Assembly (NCBI GenBank): GCA_964016885.1
Contig: OZ024747.1
Coordinates: 23,498,001-23,562,000, forward strand
Direction of reading: 5' to 3'
DNA from: Eledone cirrhosa
Lineage: Eukaryota
DNA length: 64,000 bases
A program made the position numbers and the translations under genes. Positions 15,887 through 35,856 of the stretch are shown piece by piece. A model generated the notes under the pieces. It saw nothing but the letters and a program-made list of their open reading frames with translations. It did no database searches and was not told the origin of the DNA. Positions within the stretch are counted from its first letter, which is position 1. Each line of letters starts with the position of its first letter.

Positions 15887-16028
15887 TCATTATTTTACGA
15901 TCGTTTCTAGGATATATATGTGTTAGAGTTGGTATGCATATTCTATAGATCTATGTACAATATTTATACAAACTATCAGAGGGAATATACATACCTTCAC
16001 ATATATATGCTGTCTTCAGAAATAATGA
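15887..16028 (-). ncRNA. Hammerhead ribozyme (3' pLTR), long stem II
   Basis: Minus strand TCATTATTT-CTGAAGA-(~115 nt hairpin)-GAAA-CGATCG-TA-AAATAATGA. Confidence 0.75.
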
Positions 16029-16872
16029 TACTTGTTTATTGATAAGAACAAAGATTCAATACAATAGGTCTGTTTGGGAACAGGTTTTGAATTGACCAAT
16101 CAGGAGATAGTGAGGGTCAAGATAGTGATATTAGGAGAATCTTAAATTATGGGTAGAGGAAGGTAGATTTCAGTTTTGGATGGAAAAGAGTATTATGAAT
16201 GAAGGATTACGTTAGTGAAGAAGTAGGTCATATGTTGACCTCAGAAATAATTTTATTTGTTCATTGAATAAAACCAACAAAGATCCAATATAATAATGGA
16301 TTACTTTAGGGAAGAAGTAGGTCATATGTTGACCTCAGAAATAATTTTATTTGTTCATTGAATAAAACCAACAAAGATCAAATATATTCTGTCTGTTTGG
16401 TAAGAGGTTTAGAATTAACCAATAGAAAGTTAATAATTGGCCAAATGGTAAAATAGTAGTAATTGAAACTTATTTTAGGGATGAAACTAGGTCAGGTGGT
16501 CAGTAGAAGGTATGCAAGCAGTTGCTGTTATAAAATAGTAATGCCAATACAAATATCTAAGGTGACCAGAGTATTAAGATAAGGATGTTAGTGAAAAAAA
16601 ATACATATATGAAAAGGATATAAAATTAATTTAATTGATGGGTATATTTATATTGATAAAATTATACTAATACATATAGATATGATAAATAAGTTAGATG
16701 CAGTTGAAAAGTGCTGTTAAGGATGAGGGGAGATTAAAAGAATATAAGAATGATATATATATATATATATATACATACATGTACCTACATATATATATAT
16801 ATACATACACACACATATATATATATATATGTACATATATATACACATACATACACACACAAATATATACCC

Positions 16873-16924
<52 letters not shown>

Positions 16925-17218
16925 GCATATACACATGTACATATACATACACACACACACACAGACATATATATATATATATATATACTCATACACACAC
17001 ACATATACACACATATATATATATATATACATACATATATATATATTTTTACACTCACATACATACACACATACATACATACACACTTATATACACACAC
17101 ATCCACACTTACATATACATATAATTATTGGGGGGGGGGATTTAAATTTATTAGTGGGAAATAGTAAATATATATAGGTTTCAAGGAACATAGTCATAAC
17201 CTGAAGTTAAAGCATTAT

Positions 17219-17729
17219 ATATGTTTACTTAATGGTATCAGTTTTAGGAAATGATATTTGTAAGAAGGAGAGCCAAATTATGTAGTTCATCATTAGTAGA
17301 ATATTAATTATAGGTTAATTAAAATAAAAATAGTTTATATATAAATTTCTAAGGTGTATATTAATTAGGTTTATCATATTTAAAGCAGAAGTATGTAGTT
17401 CATCAGTAGTAGAATATTAATTATAGGTTAACTAAATTAAAAATAATTACATATGTTTACTTAATGGTATCAGTTTTAGGAAATGATATTTGTAAGAAGG
17501 AAAGCCAAATTATGTAGTTCATCAGTAGTAGAATATTAATTATATGTTAACTAAATTAAAAATAGTTTATATATTAATTTCTAAAGTGTATATTAATTAG
17601 GTTTATAATATTTAAAGCAGAATTTTGTAATTCATCTGTAGTAGAATATTAATTATAGGTTAACTAAATTAAAATTAATTTATATATTAATTTCTAAAGT
17701 GTATATTAATTAGGTTTATAATATTTAAA
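17219..17729. repeat. Tandem ~115/232 bp repeats in PLE1 3' UTR overlapping the ORF end
   Basis: GTAGTTCATCAGTAGTAGAATATTAATTATAGGTTAA-like unit at ~17282, 17395, 17513, 17627; GTGTATATTAATTAGGTTTAT three times. Confidence 0.85.
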
Positions 17730-20180
17730 TGTTTTTCTCAGTTTATGATTACACGATATTATTAATTCCTGTCGCTTATTTAATAGGATATCCTTAGATT
17801 TCATTATTTCGAAAAGTTCTTGGGAACACAATCTACATTCATTTCTACTATTTTGATAAGGGGTGGCCCTTTTGAGCACACTCCAGGTCAGGTCATATTC
17901 TATATTCCTCTTTCTATAACTATTAATTTTTTCAGCTAGAGATGTTGTATTAGCTAGTGCTGCATTTTTAAAACTATGTTTGTGGGTATTAAATCTTACC
18001 TTAAAATTGTTAGAGGTAGCTCCTATATATGAATAAATAGAGTCCTTAGTGTTAACTTTACATTTATATATTATGTTATTAACAAGGCAATTTCCTTTTA
18101 ATGGACAGTTTGCCTTGTTTCTACAGTTACAACTTTTCGTGAGTCCTGTATCTGAGGAGATATTATGGTTAGTTTGATGTACTGGTGGTATACTTATGGT
18201 TTTTTTACATTTATATGCATTATAGGCACTTATATTTTGTTTTATGTTTTTGGTTGTTGAGTAGGAGAATTTAACTGTTGATCTATTTAAGATTTGATGG
18301 TATTTATGGTTTGGCGGGAAGTTTTTCTCTAGGATATTAAAGAATTGTTTAGGTATATTATCCTTAACTTGTAAATTAAATGGAGCATTATACCAAGTAA
18401 CTCGTCTATTACGGTTTCTATGTTTTTTATTGTTTTTATAGGATGCATCCTGATGTTTACTAGGAGAATTATTGTTAATTACCTCTCCACACACATTTTT
18501 AGTTAGATTTATTGATTTAGGTGTTTTAGCTTGTTTATTAGGAGTTTTATTATTAACATTTATTAGAGTTGTAGGATGAGTAGTTTTTTGAGAGTTACTA
18601 TACTGTATATTAGAAGAGTTAGAGAAAATTGGTTTTATGTTGGTATTTTGGGGTATAGTGTGAGTGGCATTTAGATGTGTACGTTTCATTTGGTGTTTGT
18701 TGGTAATATTAGGTTGTATGTTTGTAGTATTATTGGTAGAAGGTATATATATTAATCTATTTTTGTGGCCACTTCTAGCTAGAGCTTCGTTATAAAAGGT
18801 CGCATTTTTATCAAATACATCTTGGTTAGACGAAAGGTTAGAAATTCTAAGTGATATATTATATGCAAGGTTTTTAAGGATAGATTTAGGGTGATTAGAT
18901 TGTGAGTGTATGTAGTGTAAATTTTGGTTGGGTTTATGGTAAGGTTGGTAGATACCCGTAGATAAGTCTAATGTTATATCTAGGAAATTAACTACTTTAC
19001 TTGTGTTTTCAAATGTAATATCCAGACTATAATAGTCCTTAAGGAAAGTTCTAATAAGCTTTTTATTTTTTTCTATCTCTGAGAGGCTAAGGTTATTGGA
19101 AAGAAGAAGACAGTCGTCACGATATAAACCACCTTTAAGGTGGGGAAAGGAAGCATTTATGTTAAAAAGAAGAAAGAGGCCCACAAGATCAGTAATTTGG
19201 GCAGAATCGCTTGAGCCCATAGTAATATCAAATAGATTACTATATGTGTTTCTGGTCCAGTATTCATTCTGAAATTCCAGTAGTGTTAGTCTAGCATGTG
19301 TAATAATATTAATGTCATCCAAAGTTAAGTTAGATCTATTTTTAGCAAATATCAAGGCTTTGTTTAGGAGTATAGGTGATATAGAAGAATAATAATTATC
19401 TATATCAAATTGTAGAAATGAAGCAGAGGATTTATATCTAATATTATTAAACCAGTTAATTACCTGGGATGTGTTTCCCCAGAGTGGTAAATTAACATGT
19501 TTTCTTATTTGTGGGATGACTCTATCTAAAAAAATTTTACTAATTATTCCAATATCAGATTTGGAAGGGCATATAAGTCTTATAGAAGGATTAGAGTTAA
19601 AGTTAGATTTATGATCTTTCAGGTTGAAGTGTGGTCTTTTCAATGCCAAAGGTTCAGTTCTATCTTCAATATTAAGTCTATTCACTATGCTGTGTGTTTT
19701 GTTGTTGATGTTGGTAAGTGACGCATTATTTGTTTTTCTATAATTTTTCCTGAGTTCTTTATATATGAACTCATTGTAATTTTCAATATCCATGTGATAT
19801 AGGTTTCCAGTTTTGTCCGAGTGAACATGGATTTTTTTAGATTTTTGTAGGTCCAATAGGGTAGAATCAAGGTCCTTTTGACAGTTAGATTTATACCTCT
19901 TAAATTTGAGGTGTTTGATTAAATTAAAAAGGTCTTTCTCAAAGTTTTCAAGTAAAGAGTTGTGTGGTGGATTTTTATATGTAGTGAAATCATACAGATA
20001 TTTCCTATCTGTACATTTTGATTTTTTATCGAAGTGGTAGGCCCTCCATCTGACTCTTCTGATAAATTGGTTGGTTTTTTGTATCATAAGAAGTAAGAAA
20101 TCATCCTTAGAAGGTAATGGTATATTCTTTAAAGAAGTTCCCAAGTATTGTTTTTCCATTGTGATATGGATAATGGACAA
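17706..20180 (-). CDS. Penelope-like reverse transcriptase + GIY-YIG endonuclease, intact (likely start at ATG near 20159)
   Basis: SLKNIPLP, RRVRWRA, SDKT, QFDIDNYY, FDITMGS, LYRDD, VNFLDITLDL, CNC-x5-CPL-x3-C linker, IIY...YIG, CRLC, LLNKRQE. Confidence 0.92.
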   Translation of the reverse strand: MSIIHITMEKQYLGTSLKNIPLPSKDDFLLLMIQKTNQFIRRVRWRAYHFDKKSKCTDRKYLYDFTTYKNPPHNSLLENFEKDLFNLIKHLKFKRYKSNCQKDLDSTLLDLQKSKKIHVHSDKTGNLYHMDIENYNEFIYKELRKNYRKTNNASLTNINNKTHSIVNRLNIEDRTEPLALKRPHFNLKDHKSNFNSNPSIRLICPSKSDIGIISKIFLDRVIPQIRKHVNLPLWGNTSQVINWFNNIRYKSSASFLQFDIDNYYSSISPILLNKALIFAKNRSNLTLDDINIITHARLTLLEFQNEYWTRNTYSNLFDITMGSSDSAQITDLVGLFLLFNINASFPHLKGGLYRDDCLLLSNNLSLSEIEKNKKLIRTFLKDYYSLDITFENTSKVVNFLDITLDLSTGIYQPYHKPNQNLHYIHSQSNHPKSILKNLAYNISLRISNLSSNQDVFDKNATFYNEALARSGHKNRLIYIPSTNNTTNIQPNITNKHQMKRTHLNATHTIPQNTNIKPIFSNSSNIQYSNSQKTTHPTTLINVNNKTPNKQAKTPKSINLTKNVCGEVINNNSPSKHQDASYKNNKKHRNRNRRVTWYNAPFNLQVKDNIPKQFFNILEKNFPPNHKYHQILNRSTVKFSYSTTKNIKQNISAYNAYKCKKTISIPPVHQTNHNISSDTGLTKSCNCRNKANCPLKGNCLVNNIIYKCKVNTKDSIYSYIGATSNNFKVRFNTHKHSFKNAALANTTSLAEKINSYRKRNIEYDLTWSVLKRATPYQNSRNECRLCSQELFEIMKSKDILLNKRQELIISCNHKLRKTFKYYKPN

Positions 20181-20502
20181 GAAAAAGAGCTCAACTATTT
20201 GTATATGGAGTTATAAAGCCATACACATATATGTATATATATATATATAAATTTACATACACATACAATACAAAAATAAGAATATCCCCGTGAAAATAGG
20301 AGCAAAGTATGTAGATAAATCTACCAAAAGTTTACGGTAGTGTCCAATCTGTATGAAGAACTCAATGTAATCCGGATATCATGAAAAGAGAAGATGCATT
20401 CAAAAACTACTTTCGGTGAAAAATAAACGGAAAACAGAGTCAAGGTAAAATATTAAAAAAATAATGAATAAACAAAGAAACAGTTCCTTATATTAAAAAA
20501 AT

Positions 20503-20644
20503 TCTTTATTTTACGATCGTTTCTAGGATATATATGTGTTAGAGTTGGTATGCATATTCTATAGATCTATGTACAATATTTATACAAACTATCAGAGGGA
20601 ATATACATACCTTCACATATATATACTGTCTTCAGAAATAATGA
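20503..20644 (-). ncRNA. Hammerhead ribozyme (5' pLTR), long stem II
   Basis: Same motif as 15887-16028 with one stem I mismatch. Confidence 0.7.
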
Positions 20645-20826
20645 TACTTGTTTATTGATAAGAACAAAGATTCAATACAATAGGTCTGTTTAGGAACAGG
20701 TTTTAAATTGACCAATCAGGAGATAGTGAGGGTCAAGATAGTGATATTAGGAGAATCTTAAATTATGGGTAGAGGAAGGTAGATTTCAGTTTTGGATGGA
20801 AAAGAGTATTATGAATGAAGGATTAC

Positions 20827-22781
<1,955 letters not shown>

Positions 22782-22985
22782 TTTTTTTTCTACCAAACTC
22801 ATCCCATGGACTGAGTGCTCTACTACTACGGATATTACCCCCCAGTGTTCTACTATTGTGTGTATATGTGTGTATATGTATATGTATGTGTGTGTGTGTG
22901 TGTAATATGTATATATAATATAAGGACGATTTGTTAAGTCTTCATTATGTTTATTGATTGGTGATGCGGGTTTCGCTACTGATCA

Positions 22986-23026
<41 letters not shown>

Positions 23027-23330
23027 TATTACATTCCCATCTCATCATCTTCTTTCTGGTTTGAGAAATGGAAAAAGTGTTATTTTCTGGAGTTTCCAGC
23101 TGTATTCCAGCATGACCGCAGTCGAACTAAAAACTAGTAAAATATTTTTTTTTTTTTTTTTTTCTTTTAAATCCTAAACTTTCCAGTGATTCCTCTGTTT
23201 CTCTTTAATAACCGTATTGCTTCCTTATTGTGATGTAAACAAACTATTTGGGGAGCGTTTCACCATTCTAGAAACATACTCACCTTCAATTCAACTTAAT
23301 TCAAAAATTATAATTCAAAAATTATAATTA

Positions 23331-23362
<32 letters not shown>

Positions 23363-23544
23363 ATCGTTATTTTTCATTTGTTTTTTGTATTTTTTTTTCT
23401 TTCTTGAGCAATATTTTATCATTTGCTAATGGAGAATTATATTTTTATACAATCTTTGAGTAAATCACATGTAAAATATGTTATATTATCATTTTAAATT
23501 TGGTTTATTTAACCAGCTTATATTGACATTAAAATTGCCAAACA

Positions 23545-24764
23545 TATGGATATATGTATGTGTATATATGTATGTATATGTATGTGTATGTATATGTATG
23601 TGTATATGTATATGTATGTGTATGTATGTGTATATGTATATGTATGTGTATGTATATGTATATGTATGTGTATGTATGTATATATGTATATGTATGTGTA
23701 TGTATGTGTATATGTATATATGTGTGTATGTATATGTATATGTATATGTGTGTGTATGTATATGTATATGTATATGTATGTGTATGTATGTGTATATGTA
23801 TATGTATGTGTATGTATGTGTATATGTATATATATGTGTATGTATGTGTATATGTATATATATGTGTATGTATGTGTATATGTATATGTATGTATATGTA
23901 TATGTATATGTATGTGTATGTGTGTGTATATGTATATATATGTGTATGTATGTATTTATGTATATATATGTGTATGTATATGTATGTGTATGTATATGTG
24001 TGTGTATATATATGTGTATGTATATGTATATGTGTGTATATATATGTGTATGTATGTATATGTATATGTGTGTATGTATGTGTATATGTATGTGTATGTA
24101 TATATATATATATATGTGTATGTATGTGTATATGTGTGTGTGTATGTATATATATGTATATGTGTATGTATATGTATATGTGTGTGTATGTATATGTGTA
24201 TATATGTGTATGTATGTGTATATATATATGTGTATATGTGTGTATGTATATATATATGTATATATATGTGTGTGTATGTATATATGTATATGTATATATA
24301 TGTGTATGTATGTGTATGTATATGTGTGTGTGTATGTATATGTATATATATATATATATGTGTGTGTGTATGTATATGTATATATATATATATATGTGTA
24401 TGTATATGTATATATATATGTGTATGTATATGTGTATATATGTGTGTGTATGTATATATATGTATGTGTGTATGTATATATATATGTATGTGTGTATGTA
24501 TGTATATATGTGTATGTATATGTATATGTGTGTGTATGTGTATGTGTATGTATATATATATATATATATGTGTGTGTATGTATGTGTATATATATATATA
24601 TGTGTATATGTGTGTATATGTATATATATATATATATGTATATGTGTATGTATGTGTATATATATATATGTGTATGTGTATGTATGTGTATATATATGTG
24701 TATATATGTGTATGTATGTGTATGTGTATATATGTGTATGTATATATATATATATATATATATA
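23545..24764. repeat. TG-rich (TA/TG)n microsatellite
   Basis: Direct reading; frequent TGTG, unlike neighbouring tracts. Confidence 0.95.
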
Positions 24765-25355
24765 TGTCAGGTCACCAGTTGGTGCTACTGGTAACATGTA
24801 TCCCAGTACAACCTGTCTCATGGTCGGGTCGTTGGCGACTAAACTGGCAACCCCACCAAGGTTTCTTGGTGAGGAGGGTGACTTTGGACATCCTGCAGGA
24901 CTAAAAACAAAACCTGTCAAAGAGTCAATGGCCATCCAAAATCACCGGGAGAGATGACCCCTTAGCCTTTGTAAAGGCAGAATTCTAGGAGAAGGAAAAC
25001 TCTGATATAACACCTGCAACCCTGATGGTATCCAATGATGTTGACTTGTTCTTCTTTTTGGTAAATATCATCTTGGTTAAGAGAGTGGGACTGGCTTTGT
25101 GCAGTGCCTTTGCTCACTATAAAAGCTTCACGGCACAGGCATTGCTTTATATCTGGAGATCTCTCTGCACTTGTCGTCACATGGAACCATGGGCCCAGCA
25201 CTATGTGTCAATAATTGTCACAGGTGTAGTGTTTGTACCAGAGTTTTCAAGTAGCTAGCTGGACTAAAATGTCACACTCGTTCAGCGCATCGGTAGGAGT
25301 TCTCCTACATGGATATAAAGTAGTGGCCGTACTCGAAAACGAGTTGGCAGCCACT
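24765..25355 (+). mobile_element. Unclassified ~600 bp non-coding element, copy 1 (~19 bp internal deletion)
   Basis: TGTCAGGTCACCAG...GAGTTGGCAGCCAC; four near-identical copies; strand assigned arbitrarily. Confidence 0.85.
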
Positions 25356-32091
<6,736 letters not shown>

Positions 32092-32701
32092 TGTCAGGTC
32101 ACCAGTTGGTGCTACTGGTAACATGTATCCCAGTACAACCTGTCTCATGGTCGGGTCGTTGGCGACTAAACTGGCAACCCCACCAAGGTTTCTTGGTGAG
32201 GAGGGTGACTTTGGACATCCTGCAGGACTAAAAACAAAGCCTGTCAAAGGGCAAAGGAGCTCTTAAGAGTCAATGGCCATCCAAAATCACCGGGAGAGAT
32301 GACCCCTTAGCCTTTGTCAAGGCAGAATTCTAGGAAAAGGAAAACTCTGATATAACACCTGTAACCCTGATGGTATCCAATGATGTTGACTTGTTCTTCT
32401 TTTTGGTAAATATCATCTTGGTTAAGAGAGTGGGACTGGCTTTGTGCAGTGCCTTTGCTCACTATAAAAGCTTCACAGCACAGACATTGCTTTATATCTG
32501 GAGATCTCTCTGCACTTGTCCTCACATGGTACCATGGGCCCAGCACTATGTGTCAATAATTGTCACAAGTGTAGTGTTTGTACCAGAGTTTTCAAGTCAC
32601 TGGCTGGACTAAAAAGTCACACTCGTTCAGCGCTTCGGTAGGGGTTCTCCTACATGGATATAAAGAAGTGGCCGTACTCGAAAACGAGTTGGCAGCCACC
32701 A
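32092..32701 (+). mobile_element. Unclassified ~600 bp element, copy 2
   Basis: Same termini and interior as copy 1. Confidence 0.85.
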
Positions 32702-32996
32702 TATATGTATATATATGTATGTATATATATGTATATATATGTATGTATATATATGTATATATATATGTATATATATATGTATGTATATATATGTATATGT
32801 ATATATGTATGTATATATATATATATATGTATATATATATGTATGTATATATATATGTATATGTATATATATATGTATATATATATGTATATGTATATAT
32901 ATATGTATATATATATATATATGTATGTATATGTATATATATATGTGTATATGTATATATATATGTATATGTATATATATATGTGTATATGTATAT

Positions 32997-33333
32997 GGAG
33001 GCATATGGCTTAGTGGTTAGAGCATTGGCCTTGCAATCGAAAGGTTGTGAGTTCAATTCTCAGACCGGGTGATGTGTTGTTTCCTTGAGCAAGAGACTTT
33101 ATTTCACATTGCTCCAGTTTACTCAGCTGTAGAAATGAGATGATAGGACTGGGGTCTCTATCATCCCACTGCAAAGTGGTCGTGGAGGTGCCACGGCAAA
33201 AAAGCACCCAGCACTCACTGTAAATGAGGTTGGTGTTAGGAAGGGCATCCAGCTGTAGAAATCATGCCAGAATCAGTTCCCGTCCCACCCTTGCAAGCAG
33301 GGAAAAGCAGACGTAAAATGAAATGATGATGAT
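32997..33333 (+). mobile_element. Full-length tRNA-head SINE with RTE-derived middle and RTE 3' tail
   Basis: A box TGGCTTAGTGG, B box GAGTTCAATTC, CORE-like CCTTGAGCAAG; 33188-33252 resembles RTE 5' UTR 43719-43783; 33279-33321 matches RTE 3' end 46870-46912 at 42/43; (TGA)n tail. Confidence 0.88.
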
Positions 33334-33582
33334 ATGTATATATATATATATGTATATGTATATATATGTATATGTATATATATATGTATATGTATATATA
33401 TATGTATATATATATGTATATGTAATATATATATGTATATATATATGTATATATATATGTATGTATATATATATGTATATATATATGTATATATGTATAG
33501 TGGGTAATAGGAACCAGTAAGACCCCGACAGCTGAGCTCAAGCCGTTTCGACGGCTAATATATGTATATGTATATATATATG

Positions 33583-33618
<36 letters not shown>

Positions 33619-33701
33619 TGTGTATATATATATATATGTGTATATTATATATATATATGTATATATATATATGTATATATATGTATATATGTATATATAT
33701 G

Positions 33702-33732
<31 letters not shown>

Positions 33733-33841
33733 GTATATATATATATATTTGTATATGTATATATTTGTATATGTATATATATGTATATATATATATGTAT
33801 ATATTTGTATATGCATATATATGTATATATATACATACATA

Positions 33842-33879
<38 letters not shown>

Positions 33880-34130
33880 CATATATATGTATATATATAT
33901 ATATATATATACATACATATATATGTACATATATATATATACATACATATATATGTATATATATATATATATACATACATATATATGTATATATATAGAT
34001 ATATACATACATATATATGTATATATATATATATACATATATATGTATATATATATATATATATATATACATATATATGTATATATAAATATATATATAC
34101 ATATATATACATACATATATATATATATAC

Positions 34131-34499
34131 ATCGTGTAGGTGTCACGACAAAAAACACACAGTCCATGCTGTAAATGTGGCCGTGTAGGCAACACGGTAA
34201 AAACCTCCCAGCCCCACACTGTAAATGTGGTTGGTGTTAGGAAGGGCATCCAGCTGTAGAAAACCCGCCAGACAGTCCACGCTGTAATGTGGCCGTGTAG
34301 GCAACACGGTAAAAACCTCCCAGCCCCACACTGTAAATGTGGTTGGTGTTAGGAAGGGCATCCAACTGTAGAAAACCCGCCAGACAGTCCTATGCGAGCA
34401 AGACAACCACTCTTGCCTCAAGTGGGAAAACCCCCGTCCAAACCCATGCAAGCGTGGAACACGGACGCTAAACCTGATGATGATGATGATGATGATGAT
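34131..34499 (+). mobile_element. 3' part of the composite RTE tail seen at 4492-4732, with a ~113 bp tandem duplication
   Basis: Near-identical to 4492-4732; CAGTCCA..GCTGTAA...AAACCCGCCAGA unit present twice; (TGA)n tail. Confidence 0.85.
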
Positions 34500-34515
34500 A
34501 TATATATATACATAC

Positions 34516-34546
<31 letters not shown>

Positions 34547-34558
34547 CATACATATATA

Positions 34559-34590
<32 letters not shown>

Positions 34591-34629
34591 CACATACATA
34601 TATATGTATATATATATATATATATATAC

Positions 34630-34669
<40 letters not shown>

Positions 34670-34714
34670 ATACATATATATACATACATATATATATATA
34701 TACATACATATATA

Positions 34715-34804
<90 letters not shown>

Positions 34805-34812
34805 CATATATA

Positions 34813-34848
<36 letters not shown>

Positions 34849-34860
34849 CATACATATATA

Positions 34861-34897
<37 letters not shown>

Positions 34898-34906
34898 ACA
34901 TACAGA

Positions 34907-34990
<84 letters not shown>

Positions 34991-35019
34991 CATATATATA
35001 TATACACATATATACATAC

Positions 35020-35050
<31 letters not shown>

Positions 35051-35062
35051 CATATACATATA

Positions 35063-35701
35063 TGATGGCTGCCAACTCGTTTTCGAGTACGGCCACTACT
35101 TTATATCCATGTAGGAGAACCTCTACCGATGCGCTGAACGAGTGTGACTTTTTAGTCCAGACAGCGACTTGACAACTCTGGTACAGACACTACACTTGTG
35201 ACAATTATTGACACATAGTGCTGGGCCCATGGTACCATGTGAGGACAAGTGCAGAGAGATCTCCAGATATAAAGTAGTGCCTGTGCCGTGAAGCTTTTAT
35301 AGTGAGCAAAGGCACTGCACAAAGCCAGTCCCACTCTCTTAACCAAGATGATATTTACCAAAAAGAAGAACAAGTCAACATCATTGGATACCATCAGGGC
35401 TGCAGGTGTTATAGCAGAGTTTTCCTTCTCCTAGAATTCTGCCTTGACAAAGGCTAAGGCTAGAATTCTGCCTTGACAAAGGCTAAGGGGTCATCTCTCC
35501 CGGTGATTTTGGATGGGCATTGACTCTTAAGAGCTCCTTTGCCCTTTGACAGCTTTTGTTTTTAGTCCTGCAGGATGTCCAAAGTCACCCGCCTCACCAA
35601 GAAACCTTGGTGGGGTTGCCAGTTTAGTCGCCAACGACCCGACCATGAGACAGGTTGTACTGGGATACATGTTACCAGTAGCACCAACTGGTGACCTGAC
35701 A
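35063..35701 (-). mobile_element. Unclassified ~600 bp element, copy 3 (inverted; 29 bp internal duplication)
   Basis: Reverse complement of copies 1, 2, 4; CTAGAATTCTGCCTTGACAAAGGCTAAGG twice at ~35431-35488. Confidence 0.85.
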
Positions 35702-35702
35702 C

Positions 35703-35765
<63 letters not shown>

Positions 35766-35856
35766 CATACATATATACATACATATATATATATATACAT
35801 ACATATATATATATACATACATATATATATATACATACATATATATATATACATAC

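Noticed and set aside
17280-17640. CTGATGA in PLE1 3' tandem repeats (minus strand) as hammerheads or SECIS
   Set aside because: No stem I or II pairing, no SECIS geometry, and the ORF has no in-frame TGA
24765-24900. HDV-like or twister ribozyme at the end of the 600 bp element
   Set aside because: Partial look-alike motifs (GG-GTCG/CGAC-TAA-ACTGG; TAA-CATG..TCCC..CATG..GGG) but I could not build a complete canonical fold by hand; left as a test, not a call
24962-25258. ~79 aa ORFs recurring in the 600 bp element
   Set aside because: Recur only because copies are near identical; both strands open, no recognisable domain
32997-33070. tRNA gene
   Set aside because: SINE head; no acceptor stem or terminator, continues into the SINE body
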